A stretch of 64,000 nucleotides of DNA from Vicugna vicugna (GCA_013265495.1 MU057711.1:1116001-1180000), one strand, 5' to 3'. Positions 1 to 13,680 are shown, numbered from the stretch's first letter. Notes: generated by a model not told the origin, from the sequence alone. Made by a program: numbers and translations.

Positions 1-254
1 GTCAGAGAAAGTGCCCAAATTTAAGTAAACAAGCAGCAGGCAAGTTTTCAACACTAAAGCCTCCATCTCATGCTGGGGAGGGATGTTGCATCTCCGTGGG
101 GGATGATGACTGCTCTCCCATATTCAGAAACAAAGACCTTCCGGCTAGGTAGATCAAGATGATGGAAACTTTTTTGACAGGTGCTCTCAAATTCTGAATG
201 GGGAGGGTGGAGCTGTGCAAAAGCCTGCATTTGTACCAAATGAGGGGGCTCCTA

Positions 255-520
255 AAGGTCAATTTGTCAATGATCAGTTAACAGAGAATCAGTTCACCCA
301 ATGACCAGTTCACTGAGTATCCAATTGATTGATTATTTTGGTGGAAATTTTAAGGCAAATATTCGAAGGGCAAGGGCAGAGTATGAGGCAGAAGCATCTA
401 GTTTTCAAAAAAATTCTAATTTGGTGAATTTTTCTTGCTGTTCATTAGTCTTTTGGAAAACTGATCATGTTGCAAGTTAGCTTTTGATGAGCTGATTTTT
501 GGCAAATTGGTCTGTTTCTG
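255..520. mobile_element. Ancient MITE/DNA-transposon-like relic with inverted arrays of ~15-bp subrepeats
   Basis: Left arm tcaatttgtcaatga/tcagttaacagagaa/tcagttcacccaatga/ccagttcactgagta. The reverse complement of the right arm reads ccaatttgccaaaaa/tcagctcatcaaaag/ctaacttgcaacatga/tcagttttccaaaaa. Family not identified. Confidence 0.4.
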
Positions 521-1719
521 AGGGGTCAGTCCAGTCGGTTGGAGGTCTGCAACATTGACCTTTTGGTGCTGCTGATGCAGATTTTAAGTCCACCTAGCCC
601 ATCCCTCTGCAGCCAGGCAGAGCATGCCTGAGCCTCAACCCACAGAAAGGAGAAAGAGATAGACGGTAAGATAGGGTGTATGTGATGAATCTAATTCTTG
701 CCTTGCACACCCTGAGTAAAAGAGATTTTGAGGAATCTTTCTTGTTAATTCCAGCAGGAATTTAGTGGTGTTTGAAGGAGAGCCAAGCGGACATGAGCTT
801 CTGGGAAACTTGATCCACTTGCAATCTTCTGAAGCCCTTTAGGCCATCCTTCAAACACCTCTGCTCCCATATTATGCTGCCAGGATTTTTTATAAATTCC
901 CGTTATTGCTAGTGCAATAGGGACAGAAGCACTCACAGGCCAGAAACGACAAGGGAAGTGAGCATGTCTGTGATTAAGGCATCTGCTGACCTAACCTCTC
1001 TTGGACACTCCAAGGTCCAGTTAAGCAACCTGACATGGTGACTGACCATCTGGACAAAGGCTGCGGGAGAAGTGGGTGAACTTCAGTCCCAGGGATTTGG
1101 CTACTTGTTCAAAATCCTCCCAAAGGTCATTCAGCTGGTGAGGATTTCTTTTTGAGCCCTGTCTGGCCTGTGCAGCTTATCTTAGATGCGGACCAGACTC
1201 TGAAGCCTATAGCTCAGATCTGCAAGGCCCAGCTGTTCATTGCTATAGCCCCAGGGCCACCACTGTGTCAGGCTCGGTGAAGAGGCCCAATAATCACTCA
1301 TAAATGGATGGTGGCCTTGAGAGGAAGGCAGTCAGCAGGGTGCCTACTTTCCTCCCCCCACTGCTGGCTACTTTGTCACAACTGAGGACCTTCTCAGACC
1401 AGTTACAGATCATAGCGAGTGGCAGAGGGGGACTTCTCATTCCTGTAACGTGGACCTATTTCCTGGTGGTGGCACTGCCAACTACGCCCTTGAAAATTCC
1501 ATTCTCTTAGCCAGGAGTGCCCTCTCCTCCTTGTCAGTTATTTGTCTGAACTTCTCCTTCAATACCCAGCTCAAATGTCACTTTCTTGGTAAAACCTTCC
1601 CAGTTTTGCCAGGCTCAGATTACTTGTAACTGTGCTTATCAGTCTCTCCACTGTAGTAAAACCTTCAAAGACAGATATATCATCCTTATTCTCCTTTATG
1701 CATTCACTTGTTTAGAGAT

Positions 1720-1920
1720 GGCTTACGTTTAAGAACACAACCTATGGATTTAGAGATAGCCTAGGTTTAAAGGCTAGTTGTGCAATTTATTGGTTGTATA
1801 ACTTATAGTAAGAGACTTAACCTATTTAAACCTGTTTCTTAAATGTGAGAGTGAACACAGTGGTAGTATTCCTCTTCTAGGGTTGTTGAAAAAATTAAGT
1901 GTGTTTGTCACTTCTTGGGC
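1720..1920 (+). mobile_element. MIR SINE (split by the L1 at 1923-3283; remainder at ~3285-3345)
   Basis: MIR-core-like cttaacctatttaaacctgtttcttaaatgtga...ttctagggttgttgaaaaaattaa. A MIR 3'-like segment resumes after the L1. Confidence 0.55.
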
Positions 1921-2021
1921 ACTTTTTTTATTGAAGTATAGTTTATTTACAATACTGTGTTACTTTCTGCTGTACAGCATAGTGATTCAGTTATATATAT
2001 ATATATTCTTTTTCATTATAG

Positions 2022-2108
2022 NNNNNNNNNNNNNNNNNNNNNNNNNNNNNNNNNNNNNNNNNNNNNNNNNNNNNNNNNNNNNNNNNNNNNNNNNNNNNNN
2101 NNNNNNNN
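2022..2108. other. Assembly gap (87 N) inside the L1 3' UTR
   Basis: Run of N bases. Confidence 1.
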
Positions 2109-2372
2109 TATCTGTTAAAACTCCTAATTTATCCCTCCCTCCCCTTCCCCTTTGGTAACTATAAGTTTGTTTTCTATGTCTGTGAGTCTGTTTCTATTTT
2201 GCAAAATAAATTCATTTGTGTCATTTTTTTTTAGATTCCACATATAAATGATATCATATGGTATTTGTCTTTCTCTGCCTGATTTACTTCACTTAGTATA
2301 ATAATCTCTAGGTGCATTCATATTGTGGCAAATGTCATTATTTCATTCTTTTTTATGGCTGAGTAGTATTCC

Positions 2373-2374
<2 letters not shown>

Positions 2375-2418
<44 letters not shown>
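2375..2418. repeat. (TG)n microsatellite within L1
   Basis: About 22 TG units followed by a short (AC)n. Confidence 0.95.
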
Positions 2419-2421
<3 letters not shown>

Positions 2422-3499
2422 ACACACACATACATATACACCATATCTTCTTTATCCAAACATCTGTTGATGGATGTTTAGGTTGTTTCCATGTCTTGGC
2501 TATTATAAGTACTATTGCTGTGAACATTGGGGTGCATATATTTTTTTGAGTTAGAGTTTTCTGTAGTTATATGCCCAGGAGTGGGATTTCTGGATTGTAT
2601 GGTAAGTCAATTTTTAGTTTTTTAAGGAATCTCCACATTGTTTTCCACAGTGGCTGCACCAAATTATGTTTCCACCAATGGTGCAGGAGGATTCCCTTTT
2701 CTCCACACTCTGTCCAGAATTTATCATTTGTAGACTTTTTAATGATGGCCATTCTAACAGATGTGAGGCAATACCTCATTGTAGTTTTGATTTTCATGTC
2801 TCTGATAATTAGCAATATTGAGCATTTTTATCTGCCTAATGTGCATCTGTATGTCATCAGAGAAATGTCTGTCCATTTTTGGATTGGGTTGTTTGTTTGT
2901 TTGTTTGTTTTGTTATTGAGTTATATGAGCTGTTTTTATAGTCTGGGAATTAAGCCCTTGTCAGTTGCATCATTTGCAAATATTTTCTCCCAGTCTGTAA
3001 GTCATCTTCCTGTTTTGTTTATGGTTTCCTTTGTTATGCAAAAACTTATAAGTTTAATTAGGACCTATTTGTTTATTTTTGCTTTTATTTCTATTGCCTT
3101 GGTAGACTGACCTAGGGTAACACTGCTATGAGTTATGTCAAAGTATGTTTTGTCTATGTTCTCTTCTAGGAGATTTATGGTATCATGTCTTATATTTAAG
3201 TCTTGGCCATTTTGAGTTTATTTTTGTGTGTGGTGTGAGGGAGTATTCTAAGTTCATTGATTGACATGCAGCTGTCCAGGCTTCTCCTGGACACTTATTA
3301 TACACCAAGCATTATGCTGATAATAGTCATTATTATGATTATTTATTCAAGAAATATTTATTGTACAAATGCTGGGCTCCTGATATGGTCCTAGGTGCTG
3401 CCCAGGATCTAACCAGATGTTTAGTACAGACTTAGGGCTTGGTAAATGTTCACTGAATGAATAAAGACTGAACAAGTCATAGACTTAGTTTCAAAGTCT

Positions 3500-3900
3500 G
3501 TGTATTAGTCAGTTAGGCTGAATAATGGTGTGTAACAAACACCTCCTCCCCAAATCTCAGTAGCTTAATTGAACAAATATGCATTTATTTTTCCTATTAT
3601 ATGTCCAATATGGGCTAGCTGGGATGCTCTGATCATCAGGGGTCAGAGAGCTAGGCTGTTGTGCCATATCAATAGCTTCTATGATCTCTGTAGCAGAGGG
3701 AAGAGAATGGTGTGCTCTTTCTTAAAGGTTTCACTTGAAAGTGGCTCAAATCATCTCTGCTCAGATTTTCTTGGCTAGAGCAAGTCACATGGCTCTGCAT
3801 CACTTTAAAGGGCAGAGAGAATTGCAATTGCAATCCTCCCTTGTGCCCAAAAGGAGTAGGATCAGAGTATTTGTCAGTGTTCTTCATGACTATCATAGGC
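3500..3900 (-). mobile_element. Old MaLR LTR (MLT1-type)
   Basis: tgtattagtcagttaggct...gtaacaaacacctc...aaatctcagtagcttaa...ttggctagagcaagtcacatggc, typical of reverse-strand MLT1. Confidence 0.65.
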
Positions 3901-4581
3901 TGGAAGCTGATGGTGCCATCTTCTCACTAATAAACAGTCATCTTTGGCTTACAAAGAACCCCTAATTCAAGGTCAGTATCAGCAGGCTCCTGGTTTGGAA
4001 TTAAATTTTCAGACTAGGTTTTTTTTTTTTTCCTTCTCACTTCCCCACTCAATTATATTTTAAGCAGATGGGTGATCCTGTCAGCCTTGAAAAAATAACA
4101 GAAAGAAACAAATGTATGTAAAACATCCCGCCATCTAATTAGATTTTTCTGCCACCCCAAGGTTTGGGCTTGGATGCTGATTTGCACTTTGAAAAATCAA
4201 AACAGAAGCCCGAGTTCAAGAAAACTTGCAAAATGCTTTCATGTTCTTCTCCACGGCTGACGTGTAAATGAAAAGAATGTTTTTATTTCCTCCTACAATA
4301 AACACCTTTGTTTTTGTTGCTTGATGGCTTGGAACGGGATTCTGCTTCAAGACAATTAAAAGGAGCTTCTAAATGCAGACCCTGTGAAGCAGGCCAAGGG
4401 GAAGATGTATGTATGTGGAGGGTTAAGTGGGACAAATCTTAATCAAGCAGTTATGGGTCTCTGAAGAACCTTGGCCAGGCCTGCAATAATTCCTCTGGGC
4501 TCAGTCTGAGGCTCCAAAAGACCTACCATCACAACCCTACAGACATCCTACACCCCCATCCCTGCCCACATCAAGTGAAGG

Positions 4582-5087
4582 TGCATTAGCTGTCTATTTC
4601 TGCATAACAAATAACTTCAAAAAGTAGCAGTTTTATGTCAACAAACATTTATTATTTCCCAAGTCTTCTGAAATCAGGAATCCAGAGTGAGAAGTAAGTC
4701 AGGGATCCAGGCTTATTCAGATGGTTTTGGCTGAGGTTTTCTCATGAGGTTGAGGTGATGCTGTCTGCTGGGTCTGCTATCATCTGAATGCTGGACTGGG
4801 GCTGGAGGATCCCTTTCCAAGCTTGCTCAAGTGACTGCTGGCATCCCCAAGTGACTTGATGGATAGAGAGTTAGATAGGTAGATAGATAGATAGATAGAT
4901 AGATAGACCGACCAAGATGGAGTCATAGTCTTTTATAACCTATTCTTGGAAAAGACATACATCACTCCTGCCATGTGCTGTTGGTCACATAGACTGACTC
5001 TGATACAGTTTAGGGGAAGAATACACAAGGATATGAATATCAGGAGGTAAGGATCATTGGGAGCTATTTTGGAGGCTGTTTACCACA
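4582..5087 (-). mobile_element. MaLR LTR (MLT1-type) containing an (AGAT)n repeat at ~4873-4907
   Basis: tgcattagctgtctatttctgcataacaaataac...catttattattt...ggatcattgggagctattttggaggctgtttaccaca. Confidence 0.75.
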
Positions 5088-5189
5088 TGAGGGATGCACA
5101 CCCACACACGCACACACACACATTTAATCAGTAAACAAGGGAACAAACTTTATCTTCTATGGCAAGACGTGGGGTAGGTGATTTCCATA

Positions 5190-5345
5190 GGTTATCTCAG
5201 TCCTTACAATAACTCGGCAAGCTAGGTGCTGTTATAATGCTCATTTCACAGATGAAGAAACTGAATTTCAAAGAGGTTAAGTAGCTAAAGGTAAAGTAGC
5301 TGTCTGGTAGGAAGTGGCAGAACCAGGGCACAAAATGAAATCTGT
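5190..5345 (-). mobile_element. MIR SINE
   Basis: MIR core cattt-cacagatgaagaaactgaa...agaggttaagta. Confidence 0.7.
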
Positions 5346-6533
5346 CTCATGCAGAACACTTCCTATAGTCACATGACGACTGAGAAAGGCTAGATTGAAC
5401 TTAGTGTGGTCTTGGCAGCATGGTCTTGACAGTGGTCCTTCACAGTGGTCTTTGAAATTAGCCTGACTTGGCCTCAACTCTAGATACTGCTACTCACCAA
5501 CTGTGTGGCTGTGAGCTAGCTACCTGACCTCCCTCAACCTCTGCATCTTTATCTGTAAGACGGGGATGTGTTTCATGGTATCCGCTGCATGCAGCTGTGT
5601 CAGGTCAGGTACTGGTCGCACATCGACAGCTCAGTGCCAAGTATGAGGTGAGTGCTCAGTAAACGCTAGGTGCTATGGTTATGAGCCCTGGGCTCTGCCC
5701 ACGACTAGATCAAACCCTTTCCCTCCATTGTATCTCAGTTTTCCTATCTGAGAAGTGAAGGCTTTAGATTATATGTCCCAGATCACTTCCAATTCATAGT
5801 TCATAAATTTTTTTTAACGTAATGATTATCTGAATCTTAGAGTTGTGCTAAGCAGTGTGAAACCAAAGTATCCTCTAATTCCGTTGTACTGAACAGTTGA
5901 TATTTTCTTGACTTTAGCTGGAATTTACGGAAAACGGGTTGTAGCTTTCTCTTTGATACTCTATATTCAAAGTGTCAAAAGGCGGCCTTAAGGCATAGGG
6001 GAAAGCACGCTGGGCAGGAGATTCTGCTCCCAGAGGGCTTTGAGTATGACTGGCTGTGTGACCTCAGTGAAAGCTCTTGAACTCTCTGTTCTTATACTTG
6101 CTCATTTTTTTTTTTTTCAGATAAGGACAAAACTCCTGCTTTGCCTTATGGCGAAATAAATTTGGGACACACAATGCAAATGAAGCACATTCTTTGTGAT
6201 GAAACTCTTAAGGAGGCACTGAATCCAAGAGACTTTGGGGGATGTTTCCTTGTGCCCTTCAGCGGCCTTTGAGTACGTGGGGGCAGGAGGGCCAGGCCAA
6301 TTAACTTCTAAAGAAAAATAGCAGTTTGGAAATTCCGAGGACCTTTTAGCATCTCTTTTTCTAAAGGATTTGTCAGAGGGAGAGGTATAGAGGTGCCCGG
6401 GGCAGTGACAGAAGAACCTTCCATTGTTTTTAACCTCAGAGGACAGAACTGCTGGCCGTCTTGGATGGACTGAATTTTGTCTGCTTGGTAAAGAGTAGAA
6501 ACCTGCAACAAGGGGAAGCAGAGAAGGAGAGGG

Positions 6534-6535
<2 letters not shown>

Positions 6536-6572
<37 letters not shown>

Positions 6573-6582
6573 TGTGTGTGTG
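6536..6582. repeat. (GT)n microsatellite
   Basis: GT dinucleotide run with one interruption. Confidence 0.95.
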
Positions 6583-8714
6583 TATTTTCTCTCTCCTGTG
6601 TTCATCCCTCCCGATCAGGCAGTTTGGAACCAGCTCTTTGACCTCTCGTCCTGCCTGGTGTTGTGGCTGTGAATTGTCTCTGCTTCTCCAGCTCTCCAGT
6701 CAATATTTTGTTATCCACACCAGCGCTGTGGGTGTAGAATTATGACCCACCAAGGATGAGAGAAGCCTCATCCAGCCCCCCTGTCCCCTGTCCTAACCTG
6801 AGGCGGTCTGGCCCCTGTTCCTACATGGGACTGAGTTCCCAGCCGCCTCTGCCCACCCCTAGCCCCAGAGTGTGATGGACCCACGACTTCAGCAAAGCCC
6901 CCCACCATCCCCTTACGGCTGAGTGTGCGCCACTTCTGATCTTACCCAGGGAGAGGTTTACCTTGCTTTTTAGTGGGGCTGTGCCACACATGTGTATGTA
7001 TTTTAATACTTCTGTCATAGTTCTATATTTCCCTTTCTGGTTCAGAGGGTGGTTTGATGAGCTAAGCACAGCAAGCACTGTCTTGACTAGACACACAATT
7101 TCATCCATTTAAAAACGCCTCTCACAGATTTTTGATGAATATTTTTAGGAAGATAATTGTTGATTCCTATGTAGTTGTAAGAAAGAATACAGAGGGATTC
7201 TGTGCACCTTTTATCCATTTTCTCCCAATGATAAGGGTTTTTGCAAAACTATAGCCAGGATATTCAATCTCTTACAATTTCTGAGAGAATTTTAAAAAAG
7301 TGCTCTCAGGGCAGCTGGGCGGGCAGGGTGCATGCTTCCCATCTTTGGGGTCTGCCAGCACTGTTCTTGTGGCCCTGGAGACAAGAGAGCTGGCAGGTGC
7401 CTGACCCAGCTCTGTTGCAGTGTCCAGGGTGGCCTCCCTGGGACTCAGCTTCATCCTCAGTAAAAGAAGAGCATGGAATGAGAAGTTCTCCAAAATTTCT
7501 TGTATTCCTACCATTTTATGATTCTACACACAGCTCATCACAGTCCCTGGGGCCACACTGCATTTCTTCAATGGACTCTTTCCCACCCGCCAGGCCCCTG
7601 TGATTGAGTGGGACAGACACCCCTGTCCCAGGCTCTGGGGCTGGGTGTGTGATTGGCTTACTAGGTCTAAGGAGATCTTTCCATCCATCTGTGGATGGTC
7701 CAGGTTTGGTGGCCTGACCTCAGCCAGCCAATGACTTGTTGAGATGCTGCGGGCACTGAGGATGGGATGTCAACTTGCTGCTTTAGGTTCTCAGTCGCCT
7801 TGCCCCTTGATGGAAGACCTTGCTCAGAACTGGGTCAGAACAGAGGCAAGTGGAGCTGCCAGATGCAGAGAGAGGCAGGAGGACAACCCCGAGTCCAGAA
7901 ATGTCGATGGAGATACTGAAGGTTGCATAGCCACTCCCAGTGGCCCTTGAAGTGAGAGAGCCTCCCTTTCCCCATCAGACTCAAGTGAGTGATGCTTATT
8001 TCTGGGCAAGAGAAACCATGTGCTGACTTCAAGCATCTGTCTCTGTGGGTGGCTCTGAAGGCAGGCCAGATTAGAGGGTAAAGAGTTTGCGCGCCCTGCA
8101 AGCTTGGAATTACTCACGAACCAGAGAGTATTTCACTCTCTTTGAGGAACTCAAAGGAGTTTGCAGGCATGATCTCATTTGTTTTCAAGTATAATCAAGC
8201 CAAGTCACCTTAATGTACAAGTGCTTTCCTCATTCCTGTGAGGAAACCAAGTTACAGCGGAGCGGCCCCTCCCAGCCGCTCCCACAGCCCATTAACATGC
8301 ACATGAGCTCATCTGACACTTTCAAACCATGTTTGGTGGTGCTGTCGCCTCTTAAGCATTGTACAGAGTGACTCAGATCTCACCCCCGAGCCGTTTGTCA
8401 GGGAGACAGTGATTTATTGAGACGGAGACCATAGTGTGCTAACTCCAGCCACCAGTCCAGGCCTCATTACTGCCGAGTCTCTTACAGTTCAGCTCTAAGC
8501 GCAGGTGGGTGGAGGCCACGGCCAAGGGGTTCTCTCACCTCCAGCTCCACCCCCTCAGGAGTCTTCTGGAAAGTCTTGGCACTTATTGAGGTGGGACTAG
8601 TAACCTCAGAGCAGAGGGTTTCAACTGGGGATGTGAAATAGGTTTGCCTGGAGAAGTTTAAATCTGTCCACCCATCTGTCTGCTACCCCTGCAATCATTT
8701 ATTTAAGTAGGTAA

Positions 8715-8890
8715 TGCAAGCTTAAAGGATTAGAACAAAGCTTCCTCATCTGTAAAATAAGCATAATAATAACACCTACTGCAGAGAGTTGTTATGAAAG
8801 TAAGTGAAGTACTATATGTATTATACATATTATATGTATACGTGTTATATATGTAATGCTTAGCAGAGTGCTGGCTCTTAGAAATATAGA
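8715..8890 (+). mobile_element. MIR SINE fragment
   Basis: cttcctcatctgtaaaataagcataataataacacctac...gagttgttatgaaa. Confidence 0.7.
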
Positions 8891-10718
8891 CCTTGCACTT
8901 CCATCCCCCAATCACCCAGTTCCCTTCCCATTACAGATTCCCAGGATCATCTCCATGCATACATATGAGTAGATATAAACACGCACACACACACATGCAC
9001 ACACACTCTTCAAGGTGATGTCACTGAAACAACTTCTTAGAACTTGATTCCAGGCCCCCTCCTCCGGCCAGACCACAGGGATCTCTAGTGCCAGTCAGGG
9101 TTGGGAACCTCAGGCTTGAAAGCCGAGTAGGACTCTGGGGAATATCAGGAAATTAGGGTGTGGAGCTGCTAAGGTATAAAGCAAGTGACCATGTTTCCGC
9201 AAGTGCCTAAGCCAGGAGGACTGCCTGGAAGAGGGACACTGGGAATTAAATGTGCTCAGTGTAGCTGGTTAAATCACGATCACAATAATAATAACAGAAT
9301 TGTGGGACATTGGGTGGGGCTTACCCTGTTATCTCACAACTCTGATTAAAGCCTCAAGCTCTGGACGATCGGCAATGAGAATTTCCGCAGCCCCGAGAGC
9401 AGCAAAGTTGCCAGCAGACTGGTTCCCCAGGGCTTACTAAGAGGTGGCAGAAATGCTCCAGCCACCTTCACCGCCACACTCCCCTCCCTGGAGTGATGAG
9501 GTAGATCTGAGGAACCTGTGGGAGTCCTGAGTCACCAGTCGGGTGGAGGTGATGCATCATTTTTGTTCCCCTCTTCCCTGGGGGCTTCACATGGTGGGTG
9601 ACACTAAGCAAACTCTGTATAGAGAGAGGGAGGCCAGCACCTCACTCCACAGCAGGGCACTTGCTGAGCTGATGAAACCTGTGGGTCCTCTGGGGCTGCC
9701 AGTGGAAGAATTCATGGACGGCCCACTGAACATCCCTGGGAATTTGGGAATGTACAGCAGTGCAGGGACTGGAGCCAGATCCTTGTCTACAGATTCTGAA
9801 GGTGAGAAGCTGGCAGAGAAGCCTGTACTGGCAGGTGCAGTGAAAGGGGGTAGTAGGGTTATAGGCACTTTGCACCACTGATGCAGCCAGGATGCATGAG
9901 CTTCCACGGGGCCCAGAGGATGCTGCAGAGGCAGGCGGGCTGGCTTTTCTCAGCGGTCCTCATCCGAGGAGACTGCTTGCCAATGAGGGGCTTGGGGCTT
10001 TGGGCTTTGGCTTGGAGAGGCTGTGTGGAAGGAGTACGGGGGTGGGGAGACTGAGGGGCTATGGACAGAGGTCAGATAGAGGGCATCGCTCACGTCAGGG
10101 AACAGCACAGCGGCTGCCTGACATCCTCCCCATGAAACCCTACAAGACACACATGCACTGATGGGGTTAGATGGGGCAGAGAGGGCCCAGCAGCCTCAGC
10201 GAGGGGAAAAGCCTCTGCCTTCCTCTCCCTGCTCATCGCAGGAGGAGCCGGAGCACAGAAGGAATGCGGGAAATGAGAACCGGATGTTCTGGCCCGTGCT
10301 GGCAACTCCCCATTGCCTGGCCTGGGTAAGAAGAGGCGGGCGGGGATTCAGTGTGAGTACTTGCCTTGACCAGTAGTCCCAGGAAGCTGCTAAGCAAGTG
10401 GGAACTGAGACTATCGAGGGAAGGAAGCCAATCAACGGTGTCATGTTTAGCGGTTCCTACTGTGAGCCACGCGGCTAATCCCACTTCAGAGCTGTCCACC
10501 GAGGATCATGCGGGGATTTACCCTGCAGCTCCCACTGCCACTCACTGCAGGCTGGTCCCACATCTGGTGGCGTCCTGTGCACGGCAGGGAAGTCCTCAGG
10601 CCGTGGGTGCTTGTGGGTGGCCCCCAGCATGTGCTAGAATGATGAGTGCTGAGAGCCCCACTCACAGCCTCTGCCATAGGGTGGGGTGGGGTGGGGGAGC
10701 TTAAATAGAGATGAGAGG

Positions 10719-10826
10719 GTTTTTTTTTATTAATTTAATTTTTTATTGAAGTGTAGCTGATTTGCAAGTTAGTTTCAGGTGTTAACAGAAAAGTGATTCG
10801 ATTATATATATGCATACATACATATT
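10719..10826 (-). mobile_element. Short L1 3'-terminal fragment
   Basis: tttttattgaagtgtagctgatttgcaagttagtttcaggtg...agtgattcgattatatata, the same 3' end as the L1 at 1923. Confidence 0.8.
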
Positions 10827-13325
10827 GAGAATTTTGAACCAGATTGAATTGGACTGAGCAAGACTGGAGTGTTTCATACCCGGAAGTGGACAAGAAGCTG
10901 CGGGAACAGCTGGCCAGGTCGATGCAGGACAGGAAAGGGAGGAAAACTGTTTCGGGTCACCTGCCGAGTCCAGACTGACGAAGGTGCTGACTTCCCTGCG
11001 TTAAGTGCATGCCTAGTGCTGTAGGAACCACCCCAGGTGCTCACCTCGTTTAATCACCTCTTGAGGTTGCTTTGTTATCATTCCCATCTTGCAGATGGAT
11101 GAGCTGGGTTCTGGGAGGCCAAGTGAAACTCAGTTACTTGGCTTCAGAGTCAGGTTTGCCTCCAGCACCCTCCTGCTCTTGACCCCTGGGGCAGAGACTC
11201 CTGGTGGCCTGTCTCCTGTCCATGTCCTCCTCCTTCCTTGGTGACAGAGATTTGGTGTTCTTTCAGGCACCAATGCATCTGGCTGCATGACCACCCTTTC
11301 TGGCCTCTTTGCAGCCAGGGGTGCCAATGAGGTATAAGCAGAGGCTTTTGGGTGGGACTTACAGGGAAGTCCCTGAAGACGCAGACTTACAGGTAGTACC
11401 TGCCCTTTGCGCCTTTTACCCCTTCTCCTTTTGCTTCTTCCCTGGACCACAATGTGATGGTCAGGACTCTAGCAGCCATCTGGAATGACAAGGTGACTTT
11501 GAGAATGGGTGCCACAGGCAGAAGGCTGTGGAGAAGAAAGTTGGCAGGAGCCTGGGTCTCTGGTGACTCTGCCCCAGACTGCCCACCTTGTCAGCCTTGT
11601 ACAAGCCCCTGTCCTTTCCAGCCTCTGTTACTGGCAGGTGGATGCAGATTCTGATGGATATAGTCACAGAGCTGCCGCATTTTCACAGTAAAGAGCACAT
11701 GAGACGTTCAGCAGCTGCAGGAAAAATTGACTGAGAAACTTGTATGAGACCAGCCCCAAATGGAAGGCACTGGGGTGGGGCCCCGAAGCAGCTCTTCTTC
11801 CTTTTCTCAGACACCAGAGCAGTCACCCCAGCCTGTGGTCATTACAATCCACCCCTTCACCAAGCCCTGGCCACCTTGGCCATGAATCTGACAATGGCTC
11901 CCGCATCACTGGGAGATGTCACTGTTCAACCATTTAAGGGCTGAAATTCCTCCAGGATAGCAGCATGTCTTTTAAATTGTGTGTTCTCTTCTGCACATGC
12001 ACTTAAGGAATTCTGGCCTAGGGAGGCCAGCCATCAGAGGTTCTACTGGTGTGAAGATTTGGTGAACAAGCCTTTGGGACTGATGGTAAGAGCTCTGGGA
12101 TGCTAATAAGGAGACTCTCAAACTAGGAAGAGGGTCAAAAGCGCTGGTATAAACACCCGAAATTAGGAAACCAACTCTTAGGGAACGAAATCTGTCCAGT
12201 TATTTTGGGCCCCTTGGGGGAATTGTTGATTGTGAGCAAGAACTATTTTTGAGTAACTCAAGATGGTGTCATTCATAATGGCTCCTGTCCCTCTCTCGGT
12301 GTGTAGTAGGGTCTAGGAATTCTGAGCAAGAGGTTGGTGTATTGGTCAGAACTCTGTGGGCTGTGAGAGTAAGATTCACATGTGTTTCTTTCGTTGGCAA
12401 GCTTACCTGGAACTATAAGCAAAGGGGATTCTGGAAAATGCAGCTCCCGGCCTTGGAAGGGAGTGGTGGTGGAGCCGAGTTGACTGCAGGCAGGCCAGCC
12501 TAGGAATGCAGGCCTTCTGGGCTGCCGATCTTTGACTACATAGTGCTGTCTTTCACAGAAGAATTGCACAAGAACCTGACCCTTGAACCCAAGGAATCTG
12601 AAGTAGTGCAAACCAAATTCAGGTCCACACGCCTAACCTTGCCTTAGAGAAGCTGTCTGTGACATGGTGAATCTCCCATAAGTGTTAACTAGATTTAGGG
12701 TACCAGTGACATGCAGGGGGCTGGCCCTGCTCTCTTGGATTAAGCAAAAGGGGCTTGAGTGCCAACAACACACCTCTGCTGCGCAATGGCCACCGTCACA
12801 TGGCCTGGCAGGGTGTCTCCATGGAGGGGGTTGCTGAGAACCCATAGTTGCCTTCTTTCTGGCCCCATTAACACAGATCCCCTCTATGAAGTGATGAGTA
12901 ATGCTTGGCTGAGTGTTACCTCCTTACAAGGAGCGGGTGACTTTACTGATACAGGCTTCTGGCAGTCATGATGAATGGTATCACTGACTTTTCTGTGTTT
13001 TGGACAAAATAAATAAAATAAAATGAAGCATTAATGACACAGGCAGTCTTGCTGACAGACTGGTCTGCAATCAGAAACCTTGGGAAAATAGACTTGAAAA
13101 TAGCTTTTAAGAGCCTTCAATATGTTTCTGCAGAGCAAGTGCAGGTTTATCTCTGGGGTTAGTTCTGATTCTTTGACCAGCTAATTTTAAGTGGCTGCAT
13201 CTTGAAAGAAGTCATGGTGACATTTTGGGACTCCTGTTGAATTTTTAGATTAGTCACGGAATGTAACTGCAACTTCTGACTTATTAGAAAGACTTTTAAG
13301 GGCAGAATAAAATAACAAAACCCGA

Positions 13326-13680
13326 TGGTCTTAGTCTGAGTTCTGCAGAAATCAGAAGCTGAGACAAAGGCTTTCCATTCAAGGTAGTTTATTTGGGAGT
13401 GAGATTCTAGGGAGTACAGGTCAGAAGAATGAGAAGGGAAGGAGGGAAAGCCAACAAAATGATGGATTATTGAGTTGGCTATTGCTATGGGCAACTGGTG
13501 GTTGATTCTGCTAGGATTTTCTGAAGAGCTTTATAAAATGTGCCTGAGAACTCTCTGCCCAAAGGACCAAAGCGGGAAGCATCTACCCAATGGCTCCAGG
13601 TCCCTGTTGATCAAAAGAGGTCCCATGGGGTTTCCTTCCTTGCATTTCCAGGTCATGGGTGTTAATTAAGCACAGAGTGG
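13326..13680 (-). mobile_element. ERVL LTR relic (LTR33/LTR16-like)
   Basis: gtcttagtctgagttctgcagaaatcagaagctgagacaaagg...gtagtttatttgggag, the reverse-strand 3' end of this LTR group. Confidence 0.55.

Larger units (their letters stand above)
1923..3283 (-). mobile_element. 5'-truncated LINE-1 (ORF2 C-terminus plus 3' UTR)
   Basis: Minus-strand translations match the L1 ORF2 end (MKIKTTMRYCLTSVRMAIIKKS...LWKTMWRFLKKLKIDLPYNPEIPLLGI; MFTAIVLIIAKTWKQPKHPSTDVWIKKIW). T-rich tail at 1923; degenerate TSD ...gggcactt / ...ggacactt. Confidence 0.95.

Noticed and set aside
2571..3110. 179-aa hydrophobic ORF resembling a membrane protein
   Set aside because: Antisense reading of L1 ORF2, a well-known source of spurious hydrophobic ORFs.
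9543..10161. Several 66-112 aa ORFs and a possible minus-strand splice acceptor at 10140-10141
   Set aside because: No recognisable homology, overlapping frames on both strands and no supportable partner exons. A tBLASTn or RNA-seq check would be needed to revive it.
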